From Roseospirillum parvum (GTDB taxonomy: Bacteria > Pseudomonadota > Alphaproteobacteria > Rhodospirillales > Rhodospirillaceae): a stretch of DNA of 24,000 bases. Positions 7,311 to 14,742 of this stretch are shown piece by piece. Both the position numbers and the translations under genes were made by a program. The DNA lies in contig NZ_FNCV01000004.1 in NCBI RefSeq assembly GCF_900100455.1, forward strand, positions 240,700-264,699, read 5' to 3'. The notes beneath the pieces are model-generated. The model was given only the letters and a program-made list of their open reading frames with translations. It was not told the DNA's origin and searched no databases. Position 1 is the first letter of the stretch; each line of letters begins with the position of its first letter.

Positions 7311-8249
7311 ATGACCCTGAAGATCGGAACCCGCGGCAGTCCCCTCGCCCTCGCCCAGACCCATCAGGTGCGCGACCTTCTGGTTGCCCGCGACCCCGCC
7401 CTGGCCGAACCCGGCGCCACCTCGGTCGAGGTCATCAAGACCACCGGCGACGCGGTGCTCGACCGCCCGCTTTCCGAGATCGGCGGCAAGGGTCTGTTCA
7501 CCAAGGAAATCGACGAGGCCCAGCTGGGCGGCACGGTGGATCTGGCCGTGCACTCCATGAAGGACGTGCAGACGGTGCTGCCCGAGGGCATCGTGCTGGC
7601 CGCCATCCTGCCCCGCGAGGACCCGCGCGACGCCTTCATCAGCCTGAAGTACAAGAGTTTCGCCGAGATGCCGGCCGGCGCCAAGGTGGGCACCGCCAGC
7701 CTCAGGCGCGGCGCCCTGGTGCGCGCCGCCCGGCCCGATCTCGAGGTGGTGATGTTCCGTGGCAACGTGCAGACCCGTCTGACCAAGCTGAAGGACGGCG
7801 TGGCCGACGCCACCATGCTGGCCATGGCCGGCCTCAACCGCCTGGACATGGCCCAGGTGGCCACCGCCCCGCTGTCGCTCGAGGAAATGCTGCCGGCCGT
7901 CGCCCAGGGCGCGGTGGGCGTCACCTGCCGGGCCGACGACGCCGAGACCCAGGCCCGGGTGGCCGCCCTCAACTGCCTCGACACCGCCGACTGCGTGGCC
8001 TGCGAGCGCGCCTTCCTGGAAGTGCTCGACGGCTCGTGCCGTACCCCCATCGCCGGCTACGCCCGGCTTTCCGGCGACCGCCGGGAGATTGTCTTCAACG
8101 GCCTGGTGGCCCTGCCCGATGGATCGGAGGCGCACCGCTGCACTTGGCGGGCGCCGCGTCATCGGGCCCGCGCCCTGGGCAAGCTTGCCGGCGAGGAGCT
8201 CCGGGCCCGCGCCGGCGAGGACTTCTACGCCCGGATGCTGGCAGGGTGA
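7311..8249 (+). CDS. hemC: Hydroxymethylbilane synthase (porphobilinogen deaminase)
   Basis: ORF 7272..8249(+). The start is taken at ATG 7311 (MTLKIGTRGSPLALAQT, the canonical HemC N-terminus). Further motifs: IKTTGD...L.EIGGKGLFTKEID, DLAVHSMKD, GTASLRR, RGNV.TRL.KL, and the cofactor-binding LDGSCRTPIAGYA. Confidence 0.95.
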   Translation: MTLKIGTRGSPLALAQTHQVRDLLVARDPALAEPGATSVEVIKTTGDAVLDRPLSEIGGKGLFTKEIDEAQLGGTVDLAVHSMKDVQTVLPEGIVLAAILPREDPRDAFISLKYKSFAEMPAGAKVGTASLRRGALVRAARPDLEVVMFRGNVQTRLTKLKDGVADATMLAMAGLNRLDMAQVATAPLSLEEMLPAVAQGAVGVTCRADDAETQARVAALNCLDTADCVACERAFLEVLDGSCRTPIAGYARLSGDRREIVFNGLVALPDGSEAHRCTWRAPRHRARALGKLAGEELRARAGEDFYARMLAG

Positions 8250-8253
8250 GCCC

Positions 8254-10611
8254 ATGGTTCCCGACGAGCGGCCCCGTGTCCTGATCACCCGTCCGGCCGA
8301 CGACGCCGCGCGCACCGCCGAGGTGGTGCGCGCGGTCGGCGCCGAGCCGCTCATCGAGCCCCTGCTCAGTATCCGGACCCGCCCCCCCGAAGAGGCCGAG
8401 GTGGATCTGGCCGGGGTGCAGGCGATCCTGATCACCAGCGCCAACGGGGCCCGCGCCCTGGCCGAGCGGCGCCCGGAACGGGCCCTGCCGGTCTACGCGG
8501 TGGGCGAGGGCTCGGCCAAGGTGTGCCGCGACCTGGGCTATCAGACGGTGCACAGCGCCGCCGGCGACGTCGAGTCGCTGGCCCAGTTGGTGGCCGCCGC
8601 CCTGTCGCCGCAGCGCGGGCCGCTGTTCCATGCCGCCGGCTCCAGCCTGGCCGGCGACCTCAAGGGGGCGCTGGAGAAGGTCGGCTTCGAGGTGCGCCGG
8701 GTGACGCTTTACGACTCGGTGACGGCCGGCGGGTTCACCCCGGGCATCGCCAACACCCTGCGCCAGGGCGGCATCGACGCGGTGCTGTTGTACTCGCCGC
8801 GCTCGGCGAGGACTTTCGCCGATCTGGTGAAAAGCGATAAACTCCTACCGGCGATGGGGTCTCTCGCGGCGGTCGCCTTGTCCCCGGCGGTGGCGGCGGA
8901 GTTGAAGGACCTCGGTCTGGCCCGGGTGGCGGTGGCCGAGGAGCCCTCCGAGGAGGCCCTGATCGCCGCCCTCAAGGGCCTGGGGAACGGGCGGACCCCC
9001 GCGGGGGCGCTGGGAGCAAGCCCGACCCCCTCGGGGTTGATGGGAGCAAACAAGGAGAGCATGGGTATGATCGAGACTCCCGCAGCCAGCGGCGGGCGTG
9101 AGGGCACCTCCGGGCAGGGCGGCGACGCCTCCCCGGCCAAGCCGGCCGGCCAACCCTGGGTCTCGACCAGCAGCAATGGCAATGGCAACGGCAGTTGGAC
9201 CGCCCAGGTTAACGGGAACGGTAACGGCACCGGCAATGGCGGAAACGGCGCCGGAGGCAACGGGGCGGCCAAGGCCGCCGCCGACGCGCCGGGCGCGCCC
9301 GCCGGGACCCCGCCGCCGGCTGGCGGTGCCACCGGTGGGGCCGAGTCCCGGGCCGACAAGCCGGGTCAGGCCACGCCCGCTGGCAAGCCACCGAAACCGC
9401 CCAAGCCGCCGAAACCCCCGAAGCCGCCCAAGCCGCCCAAGCAACGCGGCGGGGGCCGGGGCCTGTTCTGGCTGCTTCTGTTGATCGTGCTCGGCGCCGG
9501 CTATCTGGCCCTGCCGTGGTGGCAGGGGGCGCTGCCCGACAGTTGGCAGCAAACCGCCGACGGTCTGCCCCAGCCGGCTCGCCCGCTGGCCGAACTGCCG
9601 GGCAAGGTGGCCTGGCTGGAGGACAGCCTGGTCGAGGCCGAGGCCCAGATCGCCACCCTCACCGCCCAGGCCGAGGCGACCGCCGTGCTGGCCGGCGAGG
9701 TGGAGGAAATGCAGGCGGTGGTGGCCGAACTGGTCGCCGACAAGCCGGAGATCAACGCCGCCCAACTGGCCGCCGCGCTGAGCCGCCTGCGCCAGCTTGA
9801 GCGCGAGCTGGCCGGCATGGTCGGCCTCGACCCGGCCGAGGTGCTGAAGATCGCCGAGCAGAACCGCAACATGTTCGACCGCATCGCCGAGGTGCATGAC
9901 CGCCTGGGCGAGTTGCGCGGCTGGATGGAGGACCTCAGGGCCAACCGGGTCAAGCCGGCCGACTTCCTGACCCTGTCCGAGCGCATGGCCGAGCTGGAAC
10001 ACACCACCCGTCAGGTGGTGGCCCGCAAGGACACCGCGCTGGCCCTGCTGCTGGCCGTCGGCCAACTGCGCGAGACGCTGGATCGCGGCGCTCCGTTCGA
10101 TGCCCAGCTGCGCACCGTGGTCGCTCTGGGCGAGGACGCGCCGAGCCTGATCGCCGCCGCCGAGGGCTTCGCCGGACGGGCCGCCGTCGGGGTGCCGACC
10201 CGGGTCGCCCTGCGCCAGGAATTCGCCGCCCTGGCCGGCTCGCTGGTGCGCGCCGCCGCCCTGCCCGGCGAGGCCCCCGACTGGGTGCAGAAAACCATGG
10301 AGCGGGCGCTCGAGGTGGTCACCGTGCGCCAGATCGAGGATGGCGCCGAGGTCGGCCGCGAATCGGTGGCGGCCATCGTCGCCCGCACCGAGGCCCTGCT
10401 CGAGGTGGGCGATCTGGCCGGCGCCGTGGCCGAGGTGGAAAGCCTTGAAGGCCCACCCGCCGACCGCGCCGCCGACTGGCTGGCCGCCGCCCAGGCCCGG
10501 GTTGCCGCCGACCAGGGGATCGCCGACATGACCGCCGAGGCGCTGGCCCGCATTGCCGCCCTGAAGACCGTCGCGGCAGCCAGCGCCACCACCCCGGACC
10601 ACGGGAACTGA
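8254..10611 (+). CDS. hemD: Single uninterrupted ORF. It encodes a uroporphyrinogen-III synthase (HemD) domain, a low-complexity linker, a TM helix, a coiled coil and a C-terminal Mic60/mitofilin-like domain (the gene occupies the HemX position in the operon)
   Basis: This is part of ORF 8089..10611(+). ATG 8254 lies 4 nt after the hemC stop. The HemD-like half runs from RVLITRP through LITSANGARAL, VGEGSA and VLLYSPRSARTF to EEALIAALKGL (to about 8985). There is no in-frame stop. It is followed by NG-rich and (PPK)6 low-complexity sequence, the TM helix GLFWLLLLIVLGAGYLALPWW (about 9460-9522) and long heptad-like Ala/Glu/Leu segments. The C-terminus, EALLEVGDLAGAVAEVESLEGPPADRAADWLAAAQARVAADQ, matches the mitofilin C-terminal signature (GDL..A..E...L.G.....A.DWL..A..R). 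A possible independent internal start exists at ATG 9061 or 9067, preceded by AAGGAG. Confidence 0.8.
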   Translation: MVPDERPRVLITRPADDAARTAEVVRAVGAEPLIEPLLSIRTRPPEEAEVDLAGVQAILITSANGARALAERRPERALPVYAVGEGSAKVCRDLGYQTVHSAAGDVESLAQLVAAALSPQRGPLFHAAGSSLAGDLKGALEKVGFEVRRVTLYDSVTAGGFTPGIANTLRQGGIDAVLLYSPRSARTFADLVKSDKLLPAMGSLAAVALSPAVAAELKDLGLARVAVAEEPSEEALIAALKGLGNGRTPAGALGASPTPSGLMGANKESMGMIETPAASGGREGTSGQGGDASPAKPAGQPWVSTSSNGNGNGSWTAQVNGNGNGTGNGGNGAGGNGAAKAAADAPGAPAGTPPPAGGATGGAESRADKPGQATPAGKPPKPPKPPKPPKPPKPPKQRGGGRGLFWLLLLIVLGAGYLALPWWQGALPDSWQQTADGLPQPARPLAELPGKVAWLEDSLVEAEAQIATLTAQAEATAVLAGEVEEMQAVVAELVADKPEINAAQLAAALSRLRQLERELAGMVGLDPAEVLKIAEQNRNMFDRIAEVHDRLGELRGWMEDLRANRVKPADFLTLSERMAELEHTTRQVVARKDTALALLLAVGQLRETLDRGAPFDAQLRTVVALGEDAPSLIAAAEGFAGRAAVGVPTRVALRQEFAALAGSLVRAAALPGEAPDWVQKTMERALEVVTVRQIEDGAEVGRESVAAIVARTEALLEVGDLAGAVAEVESLEGPPADRAADWLAAAQARVAADQGIADMTAEALARIAALKTVAAASATTPDHGN

Positions 10612-10615
10612 TGCC

Positions 10616-12094
10616 ATGATGCGGGTGATCGCCTACATCCTCGGCCTCGGGCTGTTCATCGCCGGCGCCGTCTGGCTGGCCAACCGCCCGGGGGCGGTCA
10701 CCGTCGACTGGCTCGGCTGGCGGGTCGAGACCACGGTCCCGGTGATCATCTTCCTGGGTGCCTTGATGACCGCCGTCTTCTGGCTGCTCGGCCGCTTCCT
10801 GCAAGGTGTCGCCGGGCTGCCCGCCGGCTTCGGCCAGTGGCGCCGCCGGCGCCGCCTGACGCGCGGCCTGAAGGCGCTGGTCGACGGCTTCAGCGCGGTC
10901 GCCGCCGGCGACGGCCCGCGGGCCCAGAAGGCGGCCGGCAAGGCGGCCGGGCTGCTCGAGAACAAGCCGGCCACCCGGCTGCTCCGGGCCCACGCCGACG
11001 CCCTGATGGGGCGGCCGGACTCCTTCAAGGGCCTGCCCGCCGATCCGGCCAGCCAGTTGCTTGGCCTGCGCACCCTGTTCGATCAGGCGACGGCGCGCGG
11101 CGACCTGACCGCGGCCCGCCAGCATGCCCTGAAGGCCTTCCGGCAGCACCCCCAGGCGGCCTGGGCGGCGCGCGCCACGCTGGCCCTCGAGGTGCGCAAC
11201 GGCGCCTGGCGCGAGGCCCTCGGCATCCTGCGCGAGGGGCGCTCGACCGGCGTCTTCCCGTCCAAGGGGGTGCCGCGCCTGCGCGCCGCCCTGCTCACCG
11301 AGATGGCGCACGGCGCCGAGGTCCCTGGCGACGGGGTGCGACTGGCCCGCGAGGCGGTCGGCATCGATGGCCGCTTCGTGCCCGCCGTCGAGGTGTTGGT
11401 GCGCAACCTGATCCGCCAGAACAAGCGCCGCCGCGCCACCAGCGTGGTCGAGACGGCGTGGCGCACGGCGCCGCATCCGCGTCTGGCCACCCTGTGGGCC
11501 AATCTGGCCGAGGGCGAGCCGGCGGCCCGCCGCGTGGCCCGCTTCGAGCGGCTGGCGGCGGCCAACCCCAGCCACCCGGAAAGCCGCGTCGCCCTGGCCC
11601 AGGCGGCGGCCGAGGCCGGCCAGTGGGACAAGGCGCGCGCCACGCTGGGGCCGCTGGCCCAGACCGAGACTCCCGACCCCCGGGTGGCCCGCCTGATGGC
11701 CCGCCTGGAGGAAAAGGCCGGGCATCTGGACGAGGCCGTGAAGTGGCTCGACCGGGCGGCCAGCGCCATCGAACGGGCTCCCGACCTGGATCGCGCCGCC
11801 GCCGATGGGGCCGGCATCGTCTGGGGCCGCGAACCCTTCCCGCGCTGTCCGACCACCGGCGCCTACGTGGAAATGGCCTGGGAAACGCCGCCCGCCGAGG
11901 CGCCGCGCCCCACCCCCGGCCGGCCCCAGCCGCCGACCCCTCCCCAGAGTGGTGGGGCTGGTTCCGCCAAGGGGCGGCGCGGCAAGGGCACGCCGCCGCC
12001 GGCCCGCAAGGCCGACGAGGCCCGGCCCGAGGCGACCGAGACGCCGGCCGGCCCGGCGAACGGCGATCCCCAGGCCAAGGTAAGCGCCGCCTGA
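10616..12094 (+). CDS. hemY: HemY-like protein (HemY N-terminal domain, two N-terminal TM helices, TPR-like helical body, Pro-rich basic tail)
   Basis: ORF 10616..12094(+). ATG 10616 lies 4 nt after the upstream stop. The N-terminus MMRVIAYILGLGLFIAGAVWLANRPGAVTVDWLGWRVETTVPVIIFLGALMTAVFWLL...W.RRRR is the characteristic HemY_N arrangement. The position after hemC-hemD-(hemX/mic60) matches conserved synteny. Confidence 0.8.
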   Translation: MMRVIAYILGLGLFIAGAVWLANRPGAVTVDWLGWRVETTVPVIIFLGALMTAVFWLLGRFLQGVAGLPAGFGQWRRRRRLTRGLKALVDGFSAVAAGDGPRAQKAAGKAAGLLENKPATRLLRAHADALMGRPDSFKGLPADPASQLLGLRTLFDQATARGDLTAARQHALKAFRQHPQAAWAARATLALEVRNGAWREALGILREGRSTGVFPSKGVPRLRAALLTEMAHGAEVPGDGVRLAREAVGIDGRFVPAVEVLVRNLIRQNKRRRATSVVETAWRTAPHPRLATLWANLAEGEPAARRVARFERLAAANPSHPESRVALAQAAAEAGQWDKARATLGPLAQTETPDPRVARLMARLEEKAGHLDEAVKWLDRAASAIERAPDLDRAAADGAGIVWGREPFPRCPTTGAYVEMAWETPPAEAPRPTPGRPQPPTPPQSGGAGSAKGRRGKGTPPPARKADEARPEATETPAGPANGDPQAKVSAA

Positions 12095-12443
12095 GCGGCG
12101 GCGCCCCTGCCCCGCCCAAAGGGGGGCGCGTCACGAGGCCCGCGCCTCGGGCCCGGCGCGCGGGATCAACCGCCGGGGCCCAGGGGAACGGCGGATGCCA
12201 CCGGCTTACCGATTGTTCATGCCGCGCCCGCTTGCGCCGCCACCGGCAGCGCACCTAAATCCCCACCCAGTTTGATTGCTCCGCCCACCGCCGGGCGGCG
12301 CCACACGGGTGCCGCCCCACCGCGTTGCGGCGCCACAAGGCTGCCGCATTGACCGGGCATCAAGGGAGGCGGCGATTGCCCGCCCACCCGGTCGGCCCTG
12401 GCGCCGGCGGGAGCAGCCCCTTGGTTCCACCGGAGGTAAACCC

Positions 12444-13976
12444 GTGACCACGCCTGTCGTCCCTGTCCGTCGTCCGGCGGCCCGTGCCGCCATTGCCGGC
12501 CGCCCGTCCGGAAACTTCGCCCCGCTGGCCCTGACCGCCCTGCTCGCCACCCTGTTGTGGGCCCTGGCCTGGGCCGGCCCGGCCCAGGCCAAGCCGGTCC
12601 CCGAAGGGTTCGCCGATCTGGCCGAGAAGCTGCTGCCGTCGGTGGTCAACATCTCCACCACGCAGACCGTGGAAACCGGCCAGGGCCCGCAGATGCCCCA
12701 GTTCCCGCCCGGCTCGCCGCTGGAGGACCTGTTCCGCGACTTCTTCGAGCGCCATCATCCGCCGCGCGGGCAACGCAACGTCACCTCGCTGGGCTCGGGC
12801 TTCATCATCGATGCGAGCGGTCTGGTGGTGACCAACAACCACGTCATCGATGGGGCCGACGAGATCAGCGTCATCCTCAACGACGACACCGTGCTGAAGG
12901 CCGAACTGGTGGGCAGCGACGCCGATACCGACGTCGCCCTGCTGCGCCTCGACACCGATCGCAAGCTGCCGGCCTTGAAGTGGGGCGATTCCGACGCCGC
13001 CCGGGTCGGTGACTGGGTGATCGCCATCGGCAACCCGTTCGGGCTGGGCGGCACCGTCACCTCGGGCATCATCTCGGCCAAGACGCGCGACATCAATGCC
13101 GGCCGCTACGACAACTTCATCCAGACCGACGCCGCCATCAACCGGGGCAACTCGGGCGGCCCGCTGTTCAACATGAAGGGCCAGGTGATCGGCATCAACA
13201 CGGCCATTTTCTCACCCTCCGGGGGCAGTGTTGGCATTGGTTTCGCCACCCCGTCCAATCTGGCCCAGGGGGTGCTGGACGACCTGCAGGAATACGGCCG
13301 CACCCGTCGGGGCTGGCTCGGTGTGCGCATCCAGACGGTGACCCCCGAGTTCGCCGAAAGCCTGGGCCTGGACAAGCCGCGCGGTGCCCTGGTCGCCAGC
13401 CTGACCGAGGACAGCCCGGCGGCGAGCGCCGGCATCCGCCCGGGCGACGTGATCCTGGCCTTCAACGGTCAGCCGGTGCCCGAGATGCGCCGCCTGCCGC
13501 GCATCGTCGCCGAGACCGAGATCGGTCAGAAGGTGAAGGCCGTGGTGTGGCGTGACGGCCGCGAGCAGACGGTCGAGGTGGTGGTCGCCGAGCTGGACGA
13601 GGAACAGCAGGCCAGCGCCGATCCCGGCGACTCCGGCCCGGCCCCCCAGGCCGATGTCAGCGGTGATCGCGTGGCCGAGTTGGGCCTGACCGTGCAGCCG
13701 CCGAGCCGCGCCCTCAGCGAGCAGTTCGGTCTGGACGAGGGCATCGAGGGGCTGGTGGTGACCGACGTCGATCCCGACAGCGGCGCCCTGGCCAAGGGCA
13801 TTCGCCCCGGCGCCGTGCTGGCCGAGGTCAACCAGGAGCGTCTGCGCACGGTCGACGATCTGAGGCGCGAGGTCGAGCAGGCGGCCAAGGCCGGCCGCAA
13901 GACGGTGCTCGCCCTGGTCCTGGAAAGCGGCGGCGAGGCCCGTTTCGCCGCCCTGCCCATCGCCCCGGCCGAGTAG
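12444..13976 (+). CDS. degP: Periplasmic serine endoprotease, DegP/DegQ/HtrA family, with two PDZ domains
   Basis: This is part of ORF 12276..13976(+). The start is placed at GTG 12444, with GGAGG 7 nt upstream. The signal peptide ends ..LAWAGPAQA/KP. The catalytic triad contexts are TNNHVI (His), DTDVALLRL (Asp) and GNSGGPLFN (Ser). Two PDZ-like blocks follow (GWLGVRIQ.., GDVILAFNGQPV; GLVVTDVDPDSGALAKGIRPGAVLAEVNQ). Confidence 0.93.
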   Translation: MTTPVVPVRRPAARAAIAGRPSGNFAPLALTALLATLLWALAWAGPAQAKPVPEGFADLAEKLLPSVVNISTTQTVETGQGPQMPQFPPGSPLEDLFRDFFERHHPPRGQRNVTSLGSGFIIDASGLVVTNNHVIDGADEISVILNDDTVLKAELVGSDADTDVALLRLDTDRKLPALKWGDSDAARVGDWVIAIGNPFGLGGTVTSGIISAKTRDINAGRYDNFIQTDAAINRGNSGGPLFNMKGQVIGINTAIFSPSGGSVGIGFATPSNLAQGVLDDLQEYGRTRRGWLGVRIQTVTPEFAESLGLDKPRGALVASLTEDSPAASAGIRPGDVILAFNGQPVPEMRRLPRIVAETEIGQKVKAVVWRDGREQTVEVVVAELDEEQQASADPGDSGPAPQADVSGDRVAELGLTVQPPSRALSEQFGLDEGIEGLVVTDVDPDSGALAKGIRPGAVLAEVNQERLRTVDDLRREVEQAAKAGRKTVLALVLESGGEARFAALPIAPAE

Positions 13977-14000
13977 CCGGCGGCGGCGGAGCCCCGCGCC

Positions 14001-14465
14001 ATGCGGGTCGACTTCTATCACCTCACCCGGTGGGGCCTGGACCGGGCCCTGCCCCCGCTGCTGATGAAGGTGCTCGACGGCGGCCAGCGGGCGGTGGTGC
14101 GCGCCGGCTCGCGCGAGCGGGTGGAGGATCTGGCGGCCCATCTGTGGTCCTTCGACCCGGCCGCCTGGCTGCCCCACGGCACCGCCCGCGACGGCAGCCC
14201 GGCCGAACAGCCGGTGTGGCTGACCGAGCGCGACGAGAACCCCAACCGGGCCACGGTGCTGGTGCTGGTCGATGGCACCGGCGCCGAGTCGCTGGCCGAT
14301 TGGGGGCGCTGCCTCGACCTGTTCGACGGCGGCGACGCCGACGCGGTTGCCGCCGCCCGCGAGCGCTGGGTATCAGCCCGCGAACAAGGTCACGCCCTAT
14401 ACTACTGGCAGCAGAGCGACTCCGGCGGCTGGGTCGAAAAGGCCCGCCACGCGCCGACCGCCTGA
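14001..14465 (+). CDS. holC: DNA polymerase III subunit chi
   Basis: ORF 14001..14465(+), 154 aa. The pattern MRVDFYHL....LDRALPPLLMKVLDGGQRAVV......RVEDLAAHLWSF.P..WLPHG follows the HolC pattern (FYhL ... LW ... F(L)PH). Confidence 0.85.
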   Translation: MRVDFYHLTRWGLDRALPPLLMKVLDGGQRAVVRAGSRERVEDLAAHLWSFDPAAWLPHGTARDGSPAEQPVWLTERDENPNRATVLVLVDGTGAESLADWGRCLDLFDGGDADAVAAARERWVSAREQGHALYYWQQSDSGGWVEKARHAPTA

Positions 14466-14742
14466 TGATCCCCCTTGATGGTCTTGTCATCGTCTCGCTA
14501 AAGTCGCCTGATGACATAAGGACCGAACGAAGCCCATAACCGCGCCCCCGCCAAGCTTCGGCCTTGGATGGTTTCGGGGTGCGGGCCCAGGTCAACTGGA
14601 AGGCTGTCGGCGCGGTCCCAGCGCGGGCTGTCGCGCCAGTCCCGGGGAGCCACGCAAGCGGCCGCCGGTGTGGTGGCCGCCTGATGGTCGAGGGGTTCGG
14701 GTCCGCGCCTTGGCGGGGCCGGCGCAGCGGGAAAGCCGGGCG

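Noticed and set aside
6779-7312. ORFs inside the tsaD-hemC spacer: 6779..7162(+), 6640..7314(+) and 6902..7312(-).
   Set aside because: None has a convincing RBS or start context. The translations are Arg/Gly/Pro-rich and mutually overlapping. The 35-bp tandem duplication and the motif repeats argue for non-coding DNA. I cannot exclude a small protein or sRNA without expression data.
9170-9441. Periodic short repeats that could be mistaken for a CRISPR or VNTR locus.
   Set aside because: The repeats are 6-9 bp, contiguous, in frame and translate to NG and PPK peptide repeats inside a long ORF. There is no repeat-spacer architecture anywhere in the window.
8845-10617. 590-aa minus-strand ORF, plus other ORFs overlapping the hemD/mic60 and hemY genes (10319..11725(-), 10837..12258(+), 11295..12254(-)).
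   Set aside because: They are antisense or off-frame to ORFs with recognisable HemD, mitofilin and HemY_N features. Their Gly/Arg/Pro-dominated composition is uncharacteristic of real proteins.
12185-12214. ECF or sigma-E-type promoter for degP, starting at GGAAC (12185-12189).
   Set aside because: The expected downstream element is absent at the right spacing: CGTT after 16-17 nt for EcfG-like promoters, or TC.AA for RpoE-like promoters. TTAC and CCGA are found instead.
14588-14603. SRP-RNA-like string CAGGTCAACTGGAAGG in the holC-downstream spacer.
   Set aside because: The conserved SRP domain IV continues ...GGAAGGAAGCAGCC with a symmetric partner strand. Here the sequence diverges immediately (GGAAGGCTGTCGG), and no complementary 5'/3' closing helix is apparent.
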